Numbered from the stretch's first letter, positions 39,684 through 48,534 are shown. The stretch: DNA of 62,716 nt from a virus (IMGVR_UViG_3300044613_003165:1-62716); one strand, 5' to 3'. Translations and numbers: made by a program. The notes: generated from the sequence alone by a model not told the origin.

Positions 39684-41171
39684 TTATTTCTTTTTAATAA
39701 AAATGTCTTTTATAACTTGGGCAGTTTCAGTCAAGTCATTGATATTACGGTAAAATGTGTCTTTTGATAATCCGTAGTTTCTAGGATAGGGATTTTTACG
39801 CCAATCTATATTACGCACTAAATAAATGGCCGCGTCTATTAGGTCGTAGTGGCCGCCTTCTGGCGATCTATCATAGCTTTTCTTGTTTTTAGCCCAAGTA
39901 GCGTTTTTTAATTGAAATATAAAATTTTTACATTTAGGATTAATTATAATTTGTTTATTAGCTATTCGATCTCTAAAATCGTTTAATGCTGCTGATTTTT
40001 CATCTTTTCTAGTTAGAGCAAAGGATAGCTCATAAGTAGAAATCATTTCGTTTAATGCAATCTGTTCGTTATTATCAGCTATTCTTTTAGTAACAGGTAA
40101 TACCTTATTAGTTTTGGGATCTGTCCAAAGCTCTTTCTCTTTTTCTATAATAGCATTGGCTATAGTTGAAACTCTGGCTTGCTGACCATTAAATAAAAGT
40201 TCATCTTCTACAACTAGTTTAGCGTTTCTAAAATCATAATACGCGAATAATATAGCAGTAAAGTCCTTTACACCTAAGTCCATAGAAACATAAGTATCAA
40301 AACGAGGAGGTTTTATCCAACTATGTACTATTTCCGATTCTAGCTCATTAGTAAATTCAGGAATCACGCTATATTCTTCATTAGTAACAATTTCACACAA
40401 ATATTCGCGTTTCCAGTCGTTTGGTTTAGTTACTTTTCTAAGTCTTTCTACTTCTTCTGGAGCTAGTCTGTCTCTGAGGTAGGCTGGATCGCTTTTTACT
40501 TGTTCAAGGTACTCATAAATGCTCATTTTAATATAAGCGTTATCAAACTGAGCGTTTTTAATAAAATCTACTAGATCATGGCTTGCTGATTTAGGCGGAG
40601 AAGAAACTATTAGGATTCTTCCCTTGGTTGTCGATGTCATAGGCAATAGAACGGCGTTTACTGCGTATTCTAGATCATCTACGAATCCTGCTTCATCAAC
40701 AATAATTAAATTAGCTGGAGTTCCTCGTAAATCGTCAGCTTTTCCACCATCCAAACCTTCAATGTATAAAATAGAACCGTTATTAAAATTATAACAACCT
40801 TCTATTCGATTAAATGACGGTCTGATGTCTTTTGGGCACTCTTGTAGTATCTTTCTTAGAGTTGGTCTTAGGATTTTACCTACCGCTTTAGCTTGACCGG
40901 CACAATATTTCACTTGACAATTAGGTGTAGATAGACAAGTTTCTAGTGCTAGAGTAATAAGTGTGAATGATTTACCAATTTGCCTAGAGCAGTTCCAAAC
41001 TGTTACCTTATGGTCATTTCTTTTGTATTTATTGTATAGTTTCTTTTGAGCGGAGTCTAGTTTCCAGTGTAATACGCCACGACGCCACAATATTTCCGTA
41101 GCTTCTAGCTCGGTCATTTCTTTTAACGCCGGAAATGCGTCAAAATTATACTTTTTCTCCGTTGTCGTCAT
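39684..41171 (-). CDS. Terminase large subunit
   Basis: Walker A CSRQIGKS, LRG...IIVDEAG, motif III SSP, nuclease MDLG..D and HYDLIDA. Confidence 0.92.
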   Translation of the reverse strand: MTTTEKKYNFDAFPALKEMTELEATEILWRRGVLHWKLDSAQKKLYNKYKRNDHKVTVWNCSRQIGKSFTLITLALETCLSTPNCQVKYCAGQAKAVGKILRPTLRKILQECPKDIRPSFNRIEGCYNFNNGSILYIEGLDGGKADDLRGTPANLIIVDEAGFVDDLEYAVNAVLLPMTSTTKGRILIVSSPPKSASHDLVDFIKNAQFDNAYIKMSIYEYLEQVKSDPAYLRDRLAPEEVERLRKVTKPNDWKREYLCEIVTNEEYSVIPEFTNELESEIVHSWIKPPRFDTYVSMDLGVKDFTAILFAYYDFRNAKLVVEDELLFNGQQARVSTIANAIIEKEKELWTDPKTNKVLPVTKRIADNNEQIALNEMISTYELSFALTRKDEKSAALNDFRDRIANKQIIINPKCKNFIFQLKNATWAKNKKSYDRSPEGGHYDLIDAAIYLVRNIDWRKNPYPRNYGLSKDTFYRNINDLTETAQVIKDIFIKKK

Positions 41172-41442
41172 TATTACCTGATTTATCCTCAATTACTTTA
41201 GAAATAATTACATCGGTCGGGATGCTTTCGCGCTCTTCTTCTAGCTTTTTGAACTTAGCTTCGATAATGCCAGTAGCTTCACCCTTAGAAATCTGTAAAT
41301 TCTTAACTAACATATCGTAAATCTTAACTTCTTCTAGAGTTAGCGATCTTTCTTTAGCTTTTTCTAGTAAAATATTAAGTTGCATCTCAGCAATAGCTTG
41401 TGCTGGTGTAGGCTCTATAATAATTTCCTTTTTCTTAGACAT
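41146..41442 (-). CDS. Hypothetical protein, candidate terminase small subunit
   Basis: Helical ORF overlapping the start of the large subunit (positional inference). Confidence 0.4.
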   Translation of the reverse strand: MSKKKEIIIEPTPAQAIAEMQLNILLEKAKERSLTLEEVKIYDMLVKNLQISKGEATGIIEAKFKKLEEERESIPTDVIISKVIEDKSGNNDDNGEKV

Positions 41443-41445
41443 TTT

Positions 41446-41691
41446 TTACACTTTTCTAATCATACCTAACGCTGAAATTCGAGACTCTAGCGATTTAATA
41501 CGTTCTTCGTAACTAGAAACGTCTTTTAATCGTTTTTCTTGTTGCTCTAGCTTATTTTTTTCAAATTCTTTGTAAGCTTTAAACGCTAAAAGAAAACCTA
41601 CGCTAAAAGATGACGCTAAAGTAAACCCTACTACAAAAGAATGCACTAGTACCGACGTAACTAGTACGTCAGCTAATTCAATTTTTTTCAT
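41446..41691 (-). CDS. Membrane protein with coiled coil
   Basis: Hydrophobic N-half, coiled-coil C-half. Confidence 0.5.
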   Translation of the reverse strand: MKKIELADVLVTSVLVHSFVVGFTLASSFSVGFLLAFKAYKEFEKNKLEQQEKRLKDVSSYEERIKSLESRISALGMIRKV

Positions 41692-41696
41692 TTTTA

Positions 41697-41960
41697 TTAA
41701 CCCTCTTGAGCTTTTTTAGCTTGTTGTTCTAAAATCCAAGGATGTTTTAGTAATTGATCGTATGATTGCTTGTACATATCACGTAAATGATCTACGAGTT
41801 TATCAACTACTTTACTAGCCTTACCTGGAAATTGACCTTCCATTACAGCGCGATGCATTTCTGCAAATTCACCGGCAATTTTTGCTAGTTGTTTTACGTC
41901 CTCTGGACGAGGATCTACGATTTGTTCTTCTTGAGGGACAGGAAGTTCTTGTTCTGACAT
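41697..41960 (-). CDS. Hypothetical protein, first gene of the packaging operon
   Basis: SD AAGGA; late motif at 42108. Confidence 0.55.
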   Translation of the reverse strand: MSEQELPVPQEEQIVDPRPEDVKQLAKIAGEFAEMHRAVMEGQFPGKASKVVDKLVDHLRDMYKQSYDQLLKHPWILEQQAKKAQEG

Positions 41961-42183
41961 GTTAATTTTCCTTTCTTGTAGGGTAGGATTATACCGCCCT
42001 AAAACAAGTTAAGTTAAAATCTCGTAGTTTACTGTCGTAGCTTATATTCTAGCTTAATTTAAAGCTAATTCCGGCTCACCGGCTTACCTACCGTTACTAC
42101 TTACATATATTTGTTATGCTTTTAGATAACCAGCTTAAAATAAAATATTTGACTTTTACGCCTATACATGTTAAATAATATAT

Positions 42184-42575
42184 AAGCCCATAAAAGGGCC
42201 TACTAGTTTTTGGTTCCCTAGTATGAGCTAGTCCGCTAGTATAAAAAGGACTCTGGGGTGACGCTCTAAAGGATACTTGACCTAGAGAAAAGGGCTTGGT
42301 GTAACCGATACAAAGACCCAACCAAGTAATGCTCTATAAAAGTACGCCTTTAATATAGCCCAGTAAATAGTTAGTTTATAACACTAAGCGGGTATAAACC
42401 TCCCGACCGTCGCTTTTCGGTAGCTCCGGTTAACGTCCCGACTTTTATTAGATCTAGTCAAAACAGGTACTAGATAATCTTAGTGTTAGACTTGCTAGTC
42501 TGGGTGCCTAGGTTCTAAAAAGCCGCTTCCCTGGGTAAGGGACGGTAGTGGGTCTTATTGTCTAAATTAGGACTA
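42184..42575 (+). ncRNA. Candidate large structured ncRNA
   Basis: ORF-poor, GC-richer; nested long-range helices; TTGACT-N17-TAAATA promoter at 42149-42177. Confidence 0.55.
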
Positions 42576-42623
42576 AGTAAATTAGTGCTTTACAGGATAA
42601 ACTCAGGGTGATAGATTGGGTAT

Positions 42624-42905
42624 ATGAGTGCAAAAGAACTAGAGTTATCGCTTATTAATTCGTTTATTGAAAGTGCTGAAAAGATTAGGGACGAAGAAAA
42701 TCCAGATAAGGTTAGCGGGTATTTAATGATTTTAGCATTACATAATCTAGCTATGGCATCTTTTCTAGAACTTAGTGCTAAAGAAATTGATAAAGACAAA
42801 TTAAATCAACAAATTGAGATTGTATTAGAAGAATTAACTAAACGTAAGATGCAAATTGAAAACGTTAATGGTATTATTTACAAAGGTCCAAAAGGAGAGG
42901 CTTAA
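42624..42905 (+). CDS. Hypothetical protein
   Basis: Coupled (TAATG) to the AAA gene. Confidence 0.55.
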   Translation: MSAKELELSLINSFIESAEKIRDEENPDKVSGYLMILALHNLAMASFLELSAKEIDKDKLNQQIEIVLEELTKRKMQIENVNGIIYKGPKGEA

Positions 42906-43897
42906 TGGCTGGTAAGTACGTTTTAGAAAAGGCTCACAAAGTAGAAAACTTTAAAGTAGGAGATGAGTTATTAGAATCGGATTTTTCTCATTTTAATAAT
43001 GATACTTTTTATCAATGGAAATATATTCCAGACAAAGAAGAACAAGACTTTTTAGAGATTACTCCTGGTTGTTGGCGTTTTGAACATAAAGAGTCTGATA
43101 TCGTTTTAAGGAAAGCACACTTTACTAAAAATAATAAACTATTAGAAGAATACATTCATACTAAAAACTTAACCGATAAAATTGATAGTTTTTTTAATAA
43201 ACTAGACGTATATAAAAAATACGAGGTGTTTCCTAAAAGGGGTATTCTTTTACACGGCCCTCAAGGAACAGGTAAAAGCCAAATTATCTCTAAGATTTCG
43301 GAAACATATTTAAACGATCCTAACACCGCTGTACTTATTTGGCCTACCGACAAGTTTAAAGCTAGAGACATTAACTATTCTCTACAGGTAATGAAATATA
43401 CTAATGTAGATAAATTAATTTTAGTTATTGAGGATATTGGTGGAGTATCGGTAAAAACAGAAGGCCAGCAATTAGCGGTAGAACCCAGTCTGCTTAACTT
43501 GCTTGATAATACTCAAGATACATTTAAAATAGCTACGCTTATTATAGCAACAACTAACTTCCCAGAAAACCTTTTACAAAATCTATCTAATAGACCACAA
43601 AGATTTGATTACTTATATAAAGTAGATAATCCTAGCTCTGAATTCAGATCTAAATTTTTAGAATTTTTTAGTCTAAATAAAGCTTCAGAAGAAGAACTTA
43701 AGCTTATTGCTCATAAAAAATATGATAAGTTTAGCGTAGCACATATTAAAGAAGTAGTTATTCGTTCTGAATTACACGATATTAGTATTAAAGAAAGTAT
43801 GAATGAACTACTAAAACAATCTGAATTAAGCGCTAATCAATTTCAAGCAGAAAAAAATAAAGTAGGCATTGGAAGTAGTTTTGACGATTATGAATAA
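42905..43897 (+). CDS. Classic-clade AAA ATPase (FtsH/Cdc48-like module, no protease domain)
   Basis: RGILLHGPQGTGKS, VIEDI, ATTN, RPQRFD arginine finger. Confidence 0.85.
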   Translation: MAGKYVLEKAHKVENFKVGDELLESDFSHFNNDTFYQWKYIPDKEEQDFLEITPGCWRFEHKESDIVLRKAHFTKNNKLLEEYIHTKNLTDKIDSFFNKLDVYKKYEVFPKRGILLHGPQGTGKSQIISKISETYLNDPNTAVLIWPTDKFKARDINYSLQVMKYTNVDKLILVIEDIGGVSVKTEGQQLAVEPSLLNLLDNTQDTFKIATLIIATTNFPENLLQNLSNRPQRFDYLYKVDNPSSEFRSKFLEFFSLNKASEEELKLIAHKKYDKFSVAHIKEVVIRSELHDISIKESMNELLKQSELSANQFQAEKNKVGIGSSFDDYE

Positions 43898-44114
43898 AAA
43901 TAAGTATTTATCACCATATGGATTATTTACAAGAGTAAATGGATTTAATAAAAAACACTATGAATTAAATAAACAACCCTTTAAATTAGAAGTTAATTCT
44001 ATAAATAAAACAAAGATAAGATTTAATGAAGATCCTTATTTAAACAGTAAAACAAATTCAAGTTTTGAAGGTTTTATTAGTAAAGATATTCTTAAAAAAT
44101 TATTAGACGATTAA
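43890..44114 (+). CDS. Hypothetical protein
   Basis: ATG at 43890 overlapping the previous stop. Confidence 0.45.
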   Translation: MNKNKYLSPYGLFTRVNGFNKKHYELNKQPFKLEVNSINKTKIRFNEDPYLNSKTNSSFEGFISKDILKKLLDD

Positions 44115-44115
44115 A

Positions 44116-44319
44116 ATGGGCTACGAAGATCTTTTTCCTAAAGTTAAGGATTTTTTGAAATACATAGGTGGATACGAGCATTGTGATTTAATTCCTGGTC
44201 AATTCTATGAAGTCATTAATGTAAACTATACCGTAGTGGGGTTTTATAAAGTTTTAGTAATAGGAGATACTGGTTACAGTTCTTGGGTTCCTTTAAACTA
44301 TTTTTATTTTGAGGATTAG
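44116..44319 (+). CDS. Small SH3-like hypothetical protein
   Basis: LIPGQFYEV...VIGDTG...VP..YF pattern. Confidence 0.5.
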   Translation: MGYEDLFPKVKDFLKYIGGYEHCDLIPGQFYEVINVNYTVVGFYKVLVIGDTGYSSWVPLNYFYFED

Positions 44320-44322
44320 AAT

Positions 44323-44520
44323 ATGGCGGGATTTTTAATTGGTTTTGGAATAGCAATGTTAATACTTAGGATTTGGTTAGCTAAAACTATGCAAGCCAAG
44401 CCACAATGCACTAAAGGACATAAGTGGAAAACGCACGAACAACCAGGAACAAACCTAGAGTATTTAAAGTGCGAAGAATGCGGATGGGTATTTGGAACCG
44501 ATCCAGAAAGTAGAACATGA
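44323..44520 (+). CDS. TM plus Zn-finger protein
   Basis: N-terminal TM, C..GH.W...C..CG. Confidence 0.55.
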   Translation: MAGFLIGFGIAMLILRIWLAKTMQAKPQCTKGHKWKTHEQPGTNLEYLKCEECGWVFGTDPESRT

Positions 44521-44708
44521 AATTAGTAGAATTAGATCTTCAGGATCAAGGCGAAAACGCCGTTTATATTAACGTAGACTGTATTAGTCAAATTACGGTA
44601 ACAGATCGTGGTTATTGTAGAATTATTCTAAATAACGGCGCTTCTTATGTTGTAAAAAAGAAAGTAGCAGATTTTATTACAGAACTTAAAAAAGTAGGAG
44701 AGTTTTAA
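44517..44708 (+). CDS. Small FlbD-like beta protein
   Basis: VYINVDCISQI...RIIL.NG..YVVK pattern. Confidence 0.45.
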   Translation: MKLVELDLQDQGENAVYINVDCISQITVTDRGYCRIILNNGASYVVKKKVADFITELKKVGEF

Positions 44709-45128
44709 ATGTTAGTTAAAATCAAAAAACTTCATCCAGAAGCAGTTATTCCTTCTTATGCTAAACCAGGAGACGCCGGTTTAGATCTAACCGCTGTAGG
44801 CGTTTTAGAACGTTCAGATACACTAGAATGTTATACTGGATTAGCTTTTGAAATACCAGAAGGACACGTAGGCTTAATTTTCCCTAGATCATCTATTAGT
44901 AAGACTAATTTATCGTTAAGTAACGCGGTAGGGGTAATTGACTCGCAATATCGCGGAGAAGTCGTATTTAAGTTTAATAAGGTAAAATCTAACGGTAAAA
45001 GTTACGAACCAGGAGATAGGGTCGGTCAGCTTATTATTATGCCATTTCCTAAAGTTAGCTTTTTAGAGGTTAATTCTTTAGAGGAAACCGAAAGAGGATC
45101 TGGAGGATTTGGAAGTACAGGAACCTAA
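44709..45128 (+). CDS. dut: Trimeric dUTPase
   Basis: AGLDL, PRSS, GVIDSQYRGE, GDRVGQL, RGSGGFGSTG. Confidence 0.97.
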   Translation: MLVKIKKLHPEAVIPSYAKPGDAGLDLTAVGVLERSDTLECYTGLAFEIPEGHVGLIFPRSSISKTNLSLSNAVGVIDSQYRGEVVFKFNKVKSNGKSYEPGDRVGQLIIMPFPKVSFLEVNSLEETERGSGGFGSTGT

Positions 45129-45442
45129 AACCCGTACTTTTTAGTCATTTGATCTTTATGTTCTTTAGCGTGTTCAGGAGTGCAAAATAAACGGTATGGG
45201 TTATCTGATTGGTACTCGACCTTACATAACATACACTTTAAAGTATAAACTTCTAGTTTAGCCTCTTTAGGTTTGCCGCTTCCTGTAATTCTACAGACTC
45301 GTTCCGCGTTACACTCTGGACAAAGCTTACCCATCCAAATAATACCCTTATCGTCTTTGTATAAAGATCGACCTTGTTTATTTAAATGACTAAATATCCT
45401 AGGCTTTTCAATACCACAAGCTTTACATTTACATGTTGACAT
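45125..45442 (-). CDS. Zn-binding protein (multiple CxxC)
   Basis: CKAC, CPEC, CMLC, C...H; preceded by late motif at 45451. Confidence 0.6.
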   Translation of the reverse strand: MSTCKCKACGIEKPRIFSHLNKQGRSLYKDDKGIIWMGKLCPECNAERVCRITGSGKPKEAKLEVYTLKCMLCKVEYQSDNPYRLFCTPEHAKEHKDQMTKKYGF

Positions 45443-45471
45443 TACCTATATATTTGTTATATTTAAGTGAG

Positions 45472-45732
45472 ATGTTTGTTGTTGGCGCTTTTTACGAGGT
45501 TGGTAATCCTCTTACACATGTTGGTTATAACGCTAATTACCCTTATGTTAAAATAACAGAAAACGATGGAAGAATCTATACTTTTAAGGTTTACGACGCA
45601 AATCTTAACGAAATACTTAACGAAGTAGATACTTTTTATGAAGACTCAAACTTCGCTAAAAATTTAAGATACGCATCATATTTAAATAAATCGTTAGAAA
45701 CGGATAAGGAAATTAAAGAATGGCTAAAGTAA
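45472..45732 (+). CDS. EWLK-tail family protein
   Basis: Ends ETDKEIKEWLK; probable start MFVVG after TTGACA promoter. Confidence 0.6.
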   Translation: MFVVGAFYEVGNPLTHVGYNANYPYVKITENDGRIYTFKVYDANLNEILNEVDTFYEDSNFAKNLRYASYLNKSLETDKEIKEWLK

Positions 45733-45914
45733 AAATTAAATTCGGTAGGGATGAGCTTTATCCAGTTTATGTTGAGGATAATGTTTACGGTAACTTTGAA
45801 ATTGAAATGACTGAAAGTCAAATTACTGAATATCGTAGGGTTTATAGAGAGTTTAGTCAATGGTTGGCGTTTTTACAAAAATTAGAGCAAGATGAAGAAA
45901 AGAGCGCCATTTAA
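45720..45914 (+). CDS. Hypothetical protein starting inside the previous EWLK tail
   Basis: GAATGGCTAAAGTAA overlap; SD AAGGA. Confidence 0.6.
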   Translation: MAKVKIKFGRDELYPVYVEDNVYGNFEIEMTESQITEYRRVYREFSQWLAFLQKLEQDEEKSAI

Positions 45915-46396
45915 TGCTAGATATAAAACTACTATTGAATATTACAATAGCCGTATACTTACCCTTACTATTAATAGCAATTGGTTATTATATTTATAAT
46001 AAAGTTAATCGTTTTAAAGAATTTTTAGACGATTATAATATGGACTTTAAAAAATATATTATTCGGGGTTTAAAACGGTTTAAAGTCGGAGATATACTAA
46101 TCCAAGAAGAACCCTACTTAGGACAACCCATTGAAGAACTAAAAGAAAATAGAGATATTATAAAAATATTAACCATAGGCAAACACACTATGGTAGAGGT
46201 ACTAGAACAAACTAGTAGTCCTTCTACTTCTATTTCTCCTACAGTAGCACCAGTAAGACGCTTACCTTATTTATCTAAAAGAGCGGGGTTTCAAGATAAA
46301 ATAGTTTACGAAATGCCATTAACAGTTATTAAGTATCGTTTTAATAAACATAAAAAAACTATTATACAAGACGAAGTAAACGAATGGCTAAAATAA
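45914..46396 (+). CDS. EWLK-tail family protein with N-terminal TM
   Basis: FKVGD motif; ends IQDEVNEWLK. Confidence 0.6.
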   Translation: MLDIKLLLNITIAVYLPLLLIAIGYYIYNKVNRFKEFLDDYNMDFKKYIIRGLKRFKVGDILIQEEPYLGQPIEELKENRDIIKILTIGKHTMVEVLEQTSSPSTSISPTVAPVRRLPYLSKRAGFQDKIVYEMPLTVIKYRFNKHKKTIIQDEVNEWLK

Positions 46397-46704
46397 ATTT
46401 TACTTTTAGACAAGACATAATACTGTACTTTACACCAATTAAAGATAAACTATATTATCCTATCCCATATCAAAAAATAGCCATAGGCCCCCTTGAGTTT
46501 AACATAATCATAGACAAAAGAGAATTAGTTAAATTAGTAAATAATAGAATAGTATACGCCTACACAACAAAACTACAAACTCCTAAACGATACACTACAT
46601 TTAAAACGTATGGTATAATGGATGATATCTATTATATAGAAATAGACGAATCTTTATTTAAAGTAGAACAAACTAATAAAGAAATACTAGAATGGCTAAA
46701 GTAA
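46384..46704 (+). CDS. EWLK-tail family protein
   Basis: Ends QTNKEILEWLK. Confidence 0.6.
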   Translation: MAKINFTFRQDIILYFTPIKDKLYYPIPYQKIAIGPLEFNIIIDKRELVKLVNNRIVYAYTTKLQTPKRYTTFKTYGIMDDIYYIEIDESLFKVEQTNKEILEWLK

Positions 46705-46916
46705 TCTTTTACTATAAAGATACCCTAACTGGCCATATCCTATCAGCCGTACCTATTGAAGGCTCTAGTCAAATAACCATTAGACATTGGAGTAACGATC
46801 AATGGGATGATAAAGAATGGACTGTACACATTGAGTTCTTAAACGAGTGTGTTGAAATACCTAACCCTGAGAAAGCTCTACAAACCGAATTCGACATCAA
46901 AAACTGGCTAAAGTAA
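46692..46916 (+). CDS. EWLK-tail family protein
   Basis: Ends QTEFDIKNWLK. Confidence 0.6.
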   Translation: MAKVIFYYKDTLTGHILSAVPIEGSSQITIRHWSNDQWDDKEWTVHIEFLNECVEIPNPEKALQTEFDIKNWLK

Positions 46917-46918
46917 CC

Positions 46919-47161
46919 TTATTTTAACCACTCTTCTATTTCTTCATCAGTTAACTGCCCTTTATAAAAATCAAAATTATTATCGACGTAATTTAAATCA
47001 AAAAATGCACCAGAGTAGTATTTGTCAAGTACAAGACAATACATACCATCGTGGACATATTTAACAGTAAAAATAAATTTAGAGTTTACGTAATTATATT
47101 CATTAGTTTTATCTGTACAAATTATTTTATCGCCCGCTTTAAATTTATAACTATATTCCAT
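46919..47161 (-). CDS. EWLK-tail family protein
   Basis: KFKAGD start; ends LTDEEIEEWLK. Confidence 0.65.
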   Translation of the reverse strand: MEYSYKFKAGDKIICTDKTNEYNYVNSKFIFTVKYVHDGMYCLVLDKYYSGAFFDLNYVDNNFDFYKGQLTDEEIEEWLK

Positions 47162-47162
47162 G

Positions 47163-47438
47163 TTATTTAAACAATTCCTGTACCTCTGATTCAGTAAATT
47201 TAGTTTTTACAAACTCAGGTGATACCTCAGTAAAAAAACCAGTATTACGGATATAGATCCTACTTTTATATGGACTGCCATTTTTTTTAAAAACCCTATA
47301 AACCCCTTTATCATCTTTTGTATATATTGGCAATTTTGTAATAATACCATTTATAAAATCGTTATGTTCGTAGATCTTAACATAATATTTATCCTTTTCT
47401 AAGTCGCACATACTCAACACTAAACCGTTTACTAACAT
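47163..47438 (-). CDS. ELFK-tail variant protein (tandem paralog)
   Basis: Ends FTESEVQELFK; paralog of 47449-47724. Confidence 0.65.
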   Translation of the reverse strand: MLVNGLVLSMCDLEKDKYYVKIYEHNDFINGIITKLPIYTKDDKGVYRVFKKNGSPYKSRIYIRNTGFFTEVSPEFVKTKFTESEVQELFK

Positions 47439-47448
47439 TCTATCATCC

Positions 47449-47724
47449 TTATTTAAACAATTCGTTTATTTCTAGTTCTGCCAACTTAGCTTTTACAAAC
47501 CCAGGCTCTAACTCATAAAAATAAGTAGATTTAAAACTAAAATAAACTTTACGCTTATACAAACTACCGTCTTTTTTAAAAACTTTATAAATCCCTTTAT
47601 TATCTTTTGAATATACGGGCAATTTTGCAATAATACCCTTTTCAAAATTACGAAATTCGTAACCATGAGCGTAATACTTACCTTCTTCTAACTTATCAGT
47701 AGAAATTAAAAGACTTACAATCAC
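47449..47724 (-). CDS. ELFK-tail variant protein (tandem paralog)
   Basis: Ends LAELEINELFK; shares GII.KLP.Y.KD.KG.Y.VFKK.GS.YK. Confidence 0.65.
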   Translation of the reverse strand: MIVSLLISTDKLEEGKYYAHGYEFRNFEKGIIAKLPVYSKDNKGIYKVFKKDGSLYKRKVYFSFKSTYFYELEPGFVKAKLAELEINELFK

Positions 47725-47784
47725 CTTACCAATCTACCACATAATCCTACAAACCGCAACACTAAACCTGGTTTACCAACGACT

Positions 47785-47818
47785 CAAACCCTACCCAAAC
47801 CCTACCCAAACCCTAACC
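47785..47818. repeat. Telomere-like 11-bp tandem repeat (CAAACCCTACC); five G3 tracts on minus strand
   Basis: caaaccctacccaaaccctacccaaaccctaacc. Confidence 0.8.
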
Positions 47819-48234
47819 TCGTATAACCGCCTATACGCCTCTATAAACGCTAAATGTTTAAACCCTAGCCTACCCCGCACGTACCCCTAACTTATATAAG
47901 CCTATAGCCCTATAATCCATTTATTACGCCTAGGTTAGTATAGCCGCTTAACGCTTACAAGCCCCTTACCTATTCACAACTTGATTTACAACTAACTTAA
48001 CCCAAATGGTTGTAAAAGTGGTTGTATAAGTACATCGGTTACGTAGATATTACCATAAAAACGGTAATACGTACACTTATAGTATACCAAAGGTTTATTA
48101 TAGCCCTTAGGATACAAACGCTTATAAACTATAGGGTTTTTATAGCCCTGGGCTTACAAGCGCGAAAAAAGGGAGATAAGCGTGAGTGACAGTATAAATA
48201 TAAATTTGGTTGTAGGTTACTCCTACCCCCCACT

Positions 48235-48326
48235 TGGCACGGTTTTTGCTATATGCAAAAACTATGCCTGCCTATTTACAAGAACTTTACGCAAGAATTG
48301 TACCAAGACCTGGCACGGTTTTTGCT
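48235..48326. promoter_or_regulatory. Cluster of four sigma54 (-24/-12) elements, orientation + - - +
   Basis: TGGCACGGTTTTTGCT (48235-50 and 48311-26), AGGCATAGTTTTTGCA (48269-54), TGGTACAATTCTTGCG (48305-290); all GG-N10-GC. Confidence 0.75.
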
Positions 48327-48518
48327 ACGCGTATACCTCCTATATAATGGGCTCAGAACTCGAGTGACCTTAACAAGATCTTAACAGAATTTTTGTAAAC
48401 ACTTTGGGCAGGGGTGTCAAAAAATAAACGCTTGAAATCATTGACGATTCACGCAACCTTAACAAAAATGTACAAAAGTTCGACACCACAGTTTCGTGCA
48501 ACCCATTGAATTTACAGG

Positions 48519-48534
48519 TGGCACAGCGCGTGCA
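48519..48534 (+). promoter_or_regulatory. sigma54-type promoter for a leaderless mRNA starting near ATG 48546
   Basis: TGGCACAGCGCGTGCA; IHF-like CAACCCATTGAAT at 48499. Confidence 0.6.

Noticed and set aside
42097-42321. 74-aa minus-strand ORF
   Set aside because: Non-ATG start, no SD, crosses promoter motifs; the region is better explained as structured RNA on +.
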